From Octopus sinensis (lineage: Eukaryota), in the NCBI RefSeq assembly GCF_006345805.1, contig NC_042997.1:133300001-133364000 (forward strand): 64,000 nucleotides of DNA, read 5' to 3'. Numbering within the stretch: position 1 is the stretch's first letter; every line of letters begins with the position of its first letter. This document shows, piece by piece, positions 37,631-48,946 of the stretch. Position numbers and translations under genes: made by a program. The notes below the pieces were generated by a model that saw only the letters and a list, made by a program, of their open reading frames with translations, did no database searches and was not told the DNA's origin.

Positions 37631-38152
37631 TTGTACTTGGTTACACATTTCTAATAGCACAAAAAGTGATCTGACGTACATACAAACCAATCTACATCAC
37701 ACATATGCACACAGTTAATCAGACCAGTAGGTTATGTGAATAAAGCACTAACTCGAACTATTTAATATCGATTAAACCGTACGTGACATACAGATGTTAT
37801 TAATACTTATTTTATGGATGACTAGAGTAATGACAAGTAAAGTATAACCTGAAAACATTTGAACATATAACATAATAATACTCATATTTCTCAACCATCA
37901 CAGCCTCTCTACTACGCCTTTCTTTTTATCTTCGTCATAAATCCATGCTTATACGTCGGTCTGCGTATGAATACATACATACATTCATACATACATATAT
38001 ACATACATGCATACATATATACATACATAAATCTATATATACATACAAACATATATACATATATATATATATATTATATATGTATATATATATATGTATA
38101 TATGTATATATATGTATATATATATATATGTATATATAATGTATATATATAC

Positions 38153-38215
<63 letters not shown>

Positions 38216-38227
38216 CGTATATATATA

Positions 38228-38277
<50 letters not shown>

Positions 38278-38282
<5 letters not shown>

Positions 38283-38658
38283 ATATAAACGGCAGTTTGT
38301 CTGTGCGTGTTTCTGTGTGTCTGTTTTCTCGTACCCTCACCCTGACCACGGCTTTCAACCGATTCTGATGAAACTTGACACACACATAGCCCAATGTCAT
38401 AATTCAAAACTAACGCAGCGAAAATTTTGAAAAGTTCCCCCAGTTCTGAAAAAAATCGATAAATCGACATGGGGTCGAGAATAAAAAAAAACAAACCACA
38501 GACTGTCTAGGGGACGCAACTCAACCTTTTATTACTCTCAAAAAAAAAATTATCATCATTTTTTTTCCTTTTTTGGCTATTTTTTGGCTATAACTCTCTA
38601 AAAATGCTTTATAGTTATTCCCCTTACAAACCTGAGCAACGCCGGGCGATACTGCTAG
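38278..38658 (+). mobile_element. Non-autonomous Helitron
   Basis: 5' TC after A, 3' hairpin CCTGAGCAACGCCGGG (38631-38646), terminal CTAG followed by T; no TSD. Confidence 0.85.
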
Positions 38659-39132
38659 TATATATATATATGGACATACATGTGTACATACTTTTATATT
38701 TACATACACACACACACATACATTTTATGTATGTCCGAGTCAACTGGGAATAGATTATTCGTATACAAGCACATGTTTAATAAATAAGGTCATTAAAGAG
38801 AAAAAAATGCATTTAATAATAAAAGCGATCAACATCCGCTTCTTTTCGCACAGTCTTAGCAAAAACTAGTTCAAGGAGGTTGAGCATTCATTAAACGACC
38901 AATTGGATTCTCTCATCTATGGTTTAAAGTATTGCCATCTCGCTAATGAAATACTGTTGACGTCATGGTCGCTATGTATCAGATACGCTTTAATTCCCGT
39001 TGTGCATTTTTGTTTGTTTTGCTTTTTCACATCAAAGGAGCAGAACAGTTCAAAGAGCACATATTTATGTAGGTTAATTTATAATATTCTACATCATGGT
39101 GTTGTTGGATATACACGCGCGCGCGCACACAC

Positions 39133-39178
<46 letters not shown>

Positions 39179-39217
39179 CATACACACACATGTATTAATT
39201 TAAATGTATATGTGTGG

Positions 39218-39248
<31 letters not shown>

Positions 39249-39262
39249 TATATATGTATACA

Positions 39263-39314
<52 letters not shown>

Positions 39315-39358
39315 ATACATAAATACATACATACATATATATAAACATATATATAAAC

Positions 39359-39389
<31 letters not shown>

Positions 39390-39582
39390 AATATATGATG
39401 TTTATATGTCTGCATATAATGTAAATGAATAGGTGTGTGTGTGTGCTAATTTACACCGCTAGAGATAAAGAGATCTAGGAAAAAATATCGACATGTCTCT
39501 GGCTTCCTCATAGTTTCCGTATGTTGATTCTTAACTCACCATTCACAGTAGTCTTGTTTATTCTTTAATCTATTTATTACTT

Positions 39583-40165
39583 AAGGCGGCGAGCTGGCAG
39601 AAACGTTAGCACACCGGGCGAAGTGCTTAGTGGTATTTCGTCTGCCGTTACGTTCTGAGTTCAAATTACGCCGAGGTCGACTTTGCCTTTCATCCTTTCG
39701 AAGTCGATAAATTAAGAACCTGTTATGCACTGGAGTCGATATAATTGACTTAATCCGTTTGTCTGTCCTTGTTTGCCCCCTCTGTGCTTAGCCCCTTGTG
39801 GGTAGTAAAGAAATAGGTAATTCGTCTGCCGCTACGTTCTAAGTTCAAATTCCGCCGAGCTCAACTTTGCATTTCATCCTTTCGAGGTCGATTAAATAAG
39901 TACCAGTTGCGCACTGGGGTCGATATAATCGACTTATTCCCTTTGTCTGTCCTTATTTGTCCCCTCTGTGTTAGCATGCTGGGCGAAATGCTTAGCAGTA
40001 TTTCGTCTGTCTTTACTTTCTGACTTCAAATTCTGCCGAGGTCGGCTTAGCCTTTCATCCTTTCGGGGTTGATAAGTTAAGTACCAATTGCGTACTGGGG
40101 TTGATCTAATCGACTAGCCCCTCCCTAAAAATCTCGGACCTTGAGCATATGGTAGAAAAGAATAT
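39583..40165 (+). mobile_element. SINE family B head-to-tail trimer within a single 14-bp TSD
   Basis: Three cores; TSD TCTATTTATTACTT at 39569-39582 and 40166-40179. Confidence 0.95.
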
Positions 40166-40674
40166 TCTATTTATTACTTGAATTTTCTACAAGAATATTC
40201 TTATAAATTTAATAAGATTTATATTTAAAAAATGATCTCAAGAGCCTCATATCTTGCAAACAAAAACAAAACAAAAACTGAATGTGAGGAAGATTAATGA
40301 TGTTGTGAAAACGAATCTGATATTTCGGGGTTATCCTTATGTTAGAGTTTGAAGGCAATTTCGACTGATGGGAAAATATTTTCTCTCTCTCTGTCTTTCT
40401 CCTCTCTCTTCTTCTCCCTCCCTCTCCCTTTCTCACCCTTCCTCTTCCCGTTCTTTCTCTCTCCATCTCTTAAACAAAATGAAAGCTACGAAAGTTAGAT
40501 TCCCTAATGTCTTCGTGACATATAGTTATACGCAACGAACTTCGCTCAACTAAATTACCATATCTGATGATATATAAGACATAATACTTTTCTTGCAAAA
40601 AGTCTCAAAAAAATTAACCCATAACCCAATTGAACCTCCCATAAGCTAATAAAACATTCTTTAATGCACTAAAA

Positions 40675-40792
40675 CAGTGGTTTTTAACCTTTTTAATATC
40701 CGAGCCGAACCAAAAAGCTTAAACAGAAGTCAAAGAACATTTTATTATATTTATAGAGGGAAGACTGTCGAGCACCGCCTTGAGAATCACTG
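40675..40792. mobile_element. Small hAT MITE
   Basis: CAGTGGTTTTTAA / TTGAGAATCACTG ends; 8-bp flanks CACTAAAA / CACAAAAA. Confidence 0.7.
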
Positions 40793-41096
40793 CACAAAAA
40801 ACATTTTTCTTGAATATGTGCTGTGAACTTGGACTATGTTTGTATACATGTGCATCTTTGATGTCATCAAATACTGTAGTAAAATAAGAGGTAAGGGGAT
40901 GTAACTATCGTTGTTATATACAAAGTCCGAGCTATTTGCCGTTTCTATCATACTGCAGCAGTATAAAAGTTGCTATGGTATGACTCACTCAATCCATTTG
41001 CAACGCTGATGTTGTTGGGGAATAAAAATGAACGTCATTCTTCAGTATCTTTTCCCGGCCTTCCTAAATTTAATGATGATTTTTATAAATAATGTT

Positions 41097-41530
41097 GGCT
41101 CTTTTCGGTTTGAACGGCAGTTTTTTGTAGCGGTGTCATATAAAATTGTCACCCATAATTATGACCTTAGTATCGATCTATTGCATTTCAATCTGTTTTA
41201 GGGTTAGGGTTAGTTAGGGTTAGGGTTAGGGGTGGGGTTAGGGTATCTTTTTTTTCTTCAGAAATGTAAATAAACCCAACCTGTTTCTTAAACGGGGGAC
41301 ATATTCATACGGCACAGAACGTTTTTACCTCAATAGACGTCACTGATTGGTTGAAATTGCAGAAATTGAAGGAAAAACAACAACAAATATCTTGTAAACT
41401 ATAGAATTTTCTTAATAAAGCCAAGAGAAAAAGATGTTTTCTAAACACATTTTACCAGTATACGAAGTTTAAAAGTGTTTAGTTACGTGGAAATTGTTTT
41501 AAAAAACTGCCGTTCAAACCGAAAAGATCC
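41097..41530. mobile_element. MITE with 8-bp TSD carrying (TTAGGG)n (41198-41243)
   Basis: TIRs GGCTCTTTTCGGTTTGAACGGCAGTTTTT / AAAAACTGCCGTTCAAACCGAAAAGATCC; perfect TSD ATAATGTT (41089-41096, 41531-41538). Confidence 0.92.
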
Positions 41531-41647
41531 ATAATGTTTATTTTAAGCATATATTTACGGAGACATTCTTAGTAAGTACTTATTCAAGACAGAAATTCTA
41601 CGGAGTTGCAATCTGGGGAGAAATATTGGGTGAAAATATTTACTTTA

Positions 41648-41745
41648 AAACATGGCGTAAATGACAGGAAGTGGTGTGCTAAGATGGCGGTTTACACAGT
41701 TACTCTAGTTCAATTGGTATGAATGGCAGGTTAGATGGCGTCGTA
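41648..41745 (+). promoter_or_regulatory. Housekeeping-type promoter/TSS-like cluster (YY1 x3, ETS)
   Basis: AAACATGGCG (41648), CAGGAAGTG (41665), AAGATGGCGG (41681), TAGATGGCG (41732), all on one strand in non-repetitive DNA; candidate donor CTG|GTAATT at 41854/41855. Confidence 0.5.
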
Positions 41746-42496
41746 ATAGCGGTAGGAGAGAAAAGAAAGAAATATACGATGCGTCAACGAGTTTAGTAGC
41801 TGTAGCAAGTCGGCAAGTGGATCTTTGATGTCAATATTTATGATAATAAGCCTGGTAATTCACTGTATTTTATTATACTAATACGCCTCACACAAACACA
41901 CGCGCATGCTTACACGCCCACAAATACACACACATATATGCGTATATTACACTTGCAAGTGTATGATAAATGTAGTCATTAAATGTGCGTGTGAGTATAT
42001 GTGTGTATACATACATATGTACGTGTAAGTATACATATGTATATGAGTAAAGATTGTTGAGTTTGTCTCTTAGCACTTGATTCCTGCTTTAGGTTGTTTT
42101 CTTTTATTCTTATGCTCCTATAATGTAGTGGTTGAACGAGAGATCAGTAATATAAGAACTAAGCATAAAATAGCACTGGAGTCAATTTCTCCACTAAAAA
42201 TTCAAATAGTCGCATCTCAATCACTGAAACAAATAAAAGTTGACCGCGTGGTAAGAGGTTTGCTTGGTACCTGTCAATGTTCACTTTCGTGTCGCGCATT
42301 CACTGCGGTTTCCTGAGTCTCATAGAATCACGAGACAGTGAGAATTTGTGTTCCAAATTCTTTCAATAGTGATGTATATACTCAAATTTCCATAAAGCTA
42401 CTTTCTATGAAAGATACTAACATACTTTTCCATTCCTCCCCGTCACACGCACTCACGTCTGCATGAAAAAAAGTCTTAACAAAAGAACACTTTTTA

Positions 42497-42682
42497 CTAT
42501 AGGCACAAGGCCTGAAATTCTTTTAGGGGAGTGGTCAAGTCGATAATATCGATCCCAGGACTCATCTACCACTTATTTCATCGACCCCGAAAGGATGAAA
42601 GCGAAATCGGCCTTGGTGGAATTTGAACTCAGAACGTAATGGTGAACGAAATACCACTAAGCATTATCGTCCGGCCTGCCAG
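42497..42682 (-). mobile_element. SINE family B, tail type 2
   Basis: TAGGCACAAGGCCTGAAATT..TCGACCCCGAAAGGATGAAAG..TTTGAACTCAGAACG. Confidence 0.85.
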
Positions 42683-43557
42683 CTTTTGACTAAAGAATAA
42701 CATGCTGTTAGTATCACATTGTACGTTCTTACCAATGCAGCAGTTACTGATACCGGTCCTTGAGTTTAAGTAACATTGATCTTAAAACAATCTTGCTATC
42801 ATTTATGAGGAATTCGAAGATTCTGTCAAAGCTCTCAAAGCTCTCAGTGGTAACTGCTCTTCTCTAATTTCAAAGCAGATTTTCTCCAGCTTTATGGACA
42901 AACTGCGATTTTTTTTTTTTTTTTTGCCTTGGTATGGATCCTTGGTATGTATCAGTTAAACGGTCGGGAAAGTGAAAAGGTCTTTGGCGTTTCGAGTCTA
43001 CACTCTTCAAGAGAAAGGAATGAGAGAAAATAAACAGAGAGAGAATAAAAGAACTTGTGGATTTAACGGTCAAGCATGGCGATTCGTTACAAGAAAAAGA
43101 GGTTTGACAGGAGAGGTTGAAACAAGGGGAGATAATAAAGTATTGGTGATTTCAAAACGAAAATGCGCGTGCGTGCGTGTGTATGTGAGAATGTGTAAGC
43201 GTGCGTGTGTGTAGGGTGAGTGGGGTGGTGTAATGTGGTGTGGAGGTGTAGTGTGTGGGGCTTGGCTGGAGGTGTGTGAGTGGGGGTGGTATGTATATAT
43301 ATATGTGTGTGTGTGTCTGAGTGGGTGTTCGCGCATATATATATGCATAGATGTGTATATGTGTGTGTGTATGTGTGCGTGTATGTTGCGTATGTGCTTG
43401 TATAAAATGTGTGTGTTTATGTCTCTGCGTTAATTTAAAGCAAAAATTCAAATCGCCGAGATTTAATTGTCATGAAACCATTCCAGTTCTGTCTGCTAGA
43501 CTATTTCTTCGTCAAATTCTGTTTGGCTTCTCGCGTTTCTTCAACTACACCATCATA

Positions 43558-43593
<36 letters not shown>

Positions 43594-43852
43594 TGTATGT
43601 ATGTATGTGTATCAATATATATATATTATATATATATGTGTGTGTGTCAGTATAAATGCACACAGCCACCGATCTATGCACACATACACGTACACAGTCA
43701 TACATGCTTATATACGTATGCACTATGTACGTAAAGTTACGCAAAAACACATTTATATACATCGTCATCGTCATCGCCATCACCATGATCGTCCTCATCA
43801 TCGTCGTCGTCGCCGTTGTCATCATCGTCATCATCATCATCGTCATCATCGA

Positions 43853-43885
<33 letters not shown>

Positions 43886-44679
43886 AATTACCGATGTATG
43901 TGTTGCATCAACTGGAGGAACCCCATTCTCAGCGTTGTCTGACATGTTTTTAAACCACCATAAATTCATCGCGTCACCTTCATTTCGGGCGATATCTCTG
44001 AAGATTTTAGACTCCTGGGCACCGTTACTTTCCAATCAGCTGACATATCCCGCTTATTTGTGTGTATTCTATTCAATAGCAAGAATTATGTCCATGCATC
44101 TCTTTTTCTCGAATAATCTGACTCTTTATTTTGTGACGTAAATATCATGATAGGTCTCCATCTTGTTTTGCATCCTCATAAATAAAGACTCATATTATGT
44201 ACTCATTGTGCTTTCCCTATTTTCCTTCAGCCACAATGGAACGTTTCAATTTCCCATAACAAACACCAGCGTGCCTAAGTTTATATATTAGTATTACACA
44301 GCAAAATTTAATGCAAAGGACGATAGGTTTGTGAACAATGCAAGTTTCCGTCTACGAAATTCAACTGTTTTCGCCATCCAGCATAATTATGGTTGCATTC
44401 AAAGAGAGAAAAAATATTTTCAATATTGAGAGAATGCTAAAGAGGCGACATATTTGCTAAATTTAAGATTTCCTTTGTCTTCAATATCACATAATTGCAA
44501 TAACCTTTTAACGTTTTATGTAAATAAATTCGCTTTTTAAACTGTTAATAGCTGCATATCACGAGTGCTTTACTGATTATTTTGCCTAAAATATTTCAAA
44601 TTTTGAAGGTTTGAACATTTGATACTTGATATTCTGATATTCTGATATTTTGATATTTGTCATTCGATGTATATTATAT

Positions 44680-44737
<58 letters not shown>

Positions 44738-44759
44738 CTAAATAATATATACATCCAAT

Positions 44760-45230
44760 CATGAAAATTAAGCTTCTCAAAACAGAAAGAAGAAGAAGGA
44801 AGAAAGCTGATTTGAAAACTACAGATTCAAGCAATCATTGGAACTGTAAATATCTGTAAAACTTACCAGAGGTTAATCGTTTAAGTATATATGAGCATGT
44901 CTAGATATGCAAGTATATGCATGAGAAGACATACATGACACAAGATATACAAATCTGCACGTATACATACATCTATAGATACGTACATACATACATACAT
45001 ACATACATACATACATACATACATACATACATGCATCTATAGATACATACATACATCTATAGATACATAATACATACATACATACATACATACATACATA
45101 CATACATACATACATACATACAACATTACAAAATACCCTGTTGATGTTGAAATTCCAATGAAAGAGCCTTGGATCTAGCTTAGAAGTTTGTTCTGTCTCT
45201 ATTGCAAATCTTGAAATAAACGGAATGAGG
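44760..45230 (+). mobile_element. 5'-truncated copy of the 32.8-kb R4-like LINE (ORF end plus 3' UTR)
   Basis: Aligns with 36400-36755 including the internal (TACA)n and CCTGTTGATGTTGAAATT..CTTGGATCTAG..TTGAAATAAA; followed by CATACATAC. Confidence 0.85.
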
Positions 45231-45275
45231 ACATACATACATGCATATATATTATATAATATATATCTATATATA

Positions 45276-45319
<44 letters not shown>

Positions 45320-45340
45320 TATATATATATATATATATTA

Positions 45341-45380
<40 letters not shown>

Positions 45381-45522
45381 TATATTATATATATTATTAT
45401 ATATATATTTCTATCTATATATATACACATTTAAAGAAAAGAGAAAATGGAGAAGTACTGGTTAACATCTATAGACTTACATCAATTATTATCTATTAAT
45501 TCAAAGCAAATAGGCTGCATCC

Positions 45523-45644
45523 CATCTAACAGCTGTTTCTGCTTCCACTGTTATATGGTATTGTCATTGATATTCAAAATATTTAAAAATATTAATCATA
45601 TTTGGTAACAAGACCTATCTGAAACAAGGAACTTCATCAGAGTG
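45523..45644 (-). ncRNA. Degenerate type I hammerhead motif (same family as 21814-21911)
   Basis: Minus strand CACT-CTGATGA-AGTTCC-[long]-GGAAGCA-GAAA-C-AGCT-GTT-AGATG; stems I and II imperfect. Confidence 0.55.
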
Positions 45645-45976
45645 AAGAATAAATAAAGAAGGGCATACAATAAAAGTAGGGTAAGACCTATGTGTATCCT
45701 TGTCTTTACTTATGAACATAATATGTTTACATATGTATGCCCAATGGTTAAATATAGGTAATATATGGGTAGCGTAATGGATATTTCTATCCCTTAGACG
45801 GTTATTTTAACCTCTAACTCAACTAACATACATACATACATACATACATACATACATACATACATACATACATACATACATACATGCATGCATACATACA
45901 TACATACATGCATACATACATACATACATACATACATACATACATACATACATACATACACACACACACATATATA

Positions 45977-46535
45977 CGAGGGTGAGTCAAAAAGTAATGC
46001 CGTTTTGTTTAGGACAGGTATAATTACCAACACAGGAACATGTATCATACATCAAAATGAAGCTGGTCTTCTGTGGATCACGACCCTACTTCTCAACATA
46101 GTCACCTTCTCTCTCAATAGCAATGTTCCACCTTCGAATAAAAGCATGTATCCCTGCCCCATAAAATTCTGTTGACTGTTCTTTGAGCCACTTGTTCACC
46201 AGTCTTCACTTCCTCGTCACTGGAATAATGTTTGCTTCTCAAACTTTCTTTCGTGGCACCGAAGAGATGATAATCTGAAGGCGCTAAATCTGGTGATTAG
46301 TGTGGAGGTAGTGAAAAAGTGGCTGAAAGAACCGCCAACAGAATTTTACGGGGCAGGGATACATGCTTCTATTCGAAGGTGGAACATTACTATTGAGAGA
46401 GACGGTGAATATATTGAGAAGTAGGGTCGTGATCCACAGAAGACCAGCTTCCTTTTGATGTATGATACATGTTCCTGTGTGTTGATAGTTATACCTGTCC
46501 TAAACAAAATGACATTACTTTTTGACTCATCCTCG
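45977..46535. mobile_element. Mariner-derived palindromic element built from two 3' ends
   Basis: TA-CGAGGGTGAGTCAAAAAGTAATG / CATTACTTTTTGACTCATCCTCG ends; both arms encode the transposase C-terminus (FYGAGIHA.IRRWN..IER.G.Y.EK*); SPDLAPSDYHLF on the minus strand at ~46260-46296. Confidence 0.9.
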
Positions 46536-46542
46536 TGCATAA

Positions 46543-47067
46543 GGAAAATAGGACAAGGTACAAAATGCTAAAATACTTTTACCATGAAGAACATTTTAGT
46601 ACCGGTTTCAGTATTTGCGACTTTTTCAAATTAGAGTAAAACATGAAATACAATTGAATTATAAAAAAAAATAAATAAAAGGTTCTTTAAAAATATTTTC
46701 ATAGTTTTCAAATACATGAGCACATTTTCCTATTTTCTGTCTCTCTCAAAACCAAGGACATCCTTCATATTAAATATTCTTTCAGACCTGCTGCTACTAC
46801 CTACCGACCGACCTACCTACCTACCTACCTACCTACCTTCCGAGCTTTCACAAAAGTAAAAGAAAAGAGACAGAAAAAAGGAAAATGTCTCTTGTATTTG
46901 AAAACTATGGAAATATTTTAAAACAAACATTTCATTTCATTTTTCCACAATTTAATTGTTTTTCTTGCTTTACTCTAAATTGAAAAAAGTTTTAAAAGAT
47001 TGAAACCGATACTAAAATGTTCTTCATGATAAAATTACTTCAGTATTTTCTACCTTGTCCTATTTCC
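46543..47067. repeat. Foldback element with ~200-bp imperfect inverted arms
   Basis: GGAAAATAGGACAAGGTA..TGAAGAACATTTTAGTA versus TACTAAAATGTTCTTCA..TACCTTGTCCTATTTCC; central (CCTA)n. Confidence 0.8.
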
Positions 47068-47172
47068 ATATACATATCAACTCGTGTGTTACTTTTCAAG
47101 CTTCTACACAGACACAGACACAGACACACACACACATATATATACATATGTGTATATATATATATATATATA

Positions 47173-47910
47173 TGAGAGTAATCCCCCAAAAGTAAAGGTT
47201 CTAAAGCGCTGGGAACGCAGGAAAACTGTACGTGCTGCTATTAGCAGCACTGTTGTATTTGCTGTGCATGCGCCTGCCCCTGGGTGCGCCTCGCTGCCGC
47301 GCTCAGTCTTGGCTTGGCAGTCGTATCTGATGGATCTCCTGATTGGCGTTAACGCCAAGTGTGAACTTCGCGCAGTTATTCGGTTTTTTTAACGCAAAAG
47401 GCATTAAACCGATTGAAATTCATCGCCAATTAACGAAAGTGTATGATGAGTCATGCATGGATATCAAAAACGTCCGCAAGTGGTGTAGGAAGTTTGCAGC
47501 AGGTCGTACTGAAATTCATGACGAAGAAAGAAGCGGGTGACAATCAATTTCCGACGAGACAGTCACGAAGGTTGAGTCAATCCTGCGTGAAAATCGGCGG
47601 ATCATTCTGGATGATCTACGCATTTTGACTCCTGGGGTTTCCGGAAGCACCATTCATAGGGTTTTGATTGAAAAGTTGCAATATCTGAAGGTGTGCGCAA
47701 GATGGGTCCCACGAATGCTCACAGAAGACCGTAAACGGCAACCCACCTTATAGTCCAGATTTGGCACCCACTGTCTACCATTTGTTTCCTAAGGTGAAAG
47801 AATATTTGACCGGAACGCGCTTCAGCAATGATGACGAGGTGAAAATGAGTTCCAATGCTCCCTCAAAGACATGGCGGTGAGCTGGTGTGTAATTGGCATA
47901 TAAAATAAAT
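47173..47910 (+). pseudogene. Mariner transposon, internally deleted transposase (start ATG 47330)
   Basis: HTH region ELRAVIRF..KPIEIHRQLTKVY..VRKWCRKF..DEERSG, then KVCARWVPRMLTED joined at ~47742 to PPYSPDLAP..YHLFP; the first two catalytic Asp are deleted; inserted in (TA)n. Confidence 0.92.
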
Positions 47911-48009
47911 AAATGTTAAAATTTTAAAATGAAGCAAACATTATCGACAATAAAACTTTTCTGTGATTTCTAAATAATTTGGAGACTTTACATTTGGAAT
48001 TATCCACTT

Positions 48010-48044
<35 letters not shown>

Positions 48045-48045
48045 A

Positions 48046-48133
<88 letters not shown>

Positions 48134-48269
48134 ACATATATTTACATATATATATATATATATTATATATATATAATACGTGTATACATATATTTACATA
48201 TATATATATATATATAATATATAAATGAAAAGAATGGAGTCGAACGAAGATTTTAACAAAATTCCTTTA

Positions 48270-48352
48270 CTTTCGACACATGTTTCGAAGACTGCATATT
48301 CTTAATTCCGAAGGAATAAAGTGTGCATTATGCCGTCTTCTCTTCAGGAAAG
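48270..48352 (-). ncRNA. Complete type I hammerhead ribozyme (minus-strand copy)
   Basis: Exact reverse complement of 48864-48946. Confidence 0.85.
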
Positions 48353-48863
48353 ACAAGGAGCCTCTATCAGTCTCACGACGAACAAAAACTTTTTGATGAC
48401 TGCCTACATTGTGACCGCAGCGATAATGAGTGTTTTTTTTTAAAAATTATCCGTTATTAGCAATTACGTCAAAATTGGTTGGAAGGAGGAAGTATTAAAA
48501 ATAGGAATGGAACAAAAATTTTGTTGTATGAATGGGGATGCGCGGGTGCTTGCTTATGTTAATAAGTGTGAGTGTTTATGTGTGTGTATTAGTGTGTGTA
48601 TATAACTGCTTTTGTATATACACACACTAATACACACACATAAACACTCACACTTATTAACATAAGCAAGCACCCGCGCATCCCCATTCATACAACAAAA
48701 TTTTTGTTCCATTCCTATTTTTAATACTTCCTCCTTCCAACCAATTTTGACGTAATTGCTAATAACGGATAATTTTTAAAAAACACTCATTATCACTGCG
48801 GTCACAATGTAGGCAGTCATCAAAAAGCTTTTGTTCGTCGTGAGACTGATAGAGACTCCTTGT

Positions 48864-48946
48864 CTTTCCTGAAGAGAAGACGGCATAATGCACACTTTAT
48901 TCCTTCGGAATTAAGAATATGCAGTCTTCGAAACATGTGTCGAAAG
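48864..48946 (+). ncRNA. Complete type I hammerhead ribozyme (plus-strand copy), predicted cleavage after C48941
   Basis: CTTTC-CTGAAGA-GAAGAC-[42 nt]-GTCTTC-GAAA-C-ATGT-GTC-GAAAG: 5-bp stem I, 6-bp stem II, canonical core and GUC site. Confidence 0.88.

Noticed and set aside
42982-43013. TTGAAGA-GTGTAGACTC-GAAACGCC hammerhead-like text on the minus strand
   Set aside because: Stem II would consume core bases and there is no UH site.
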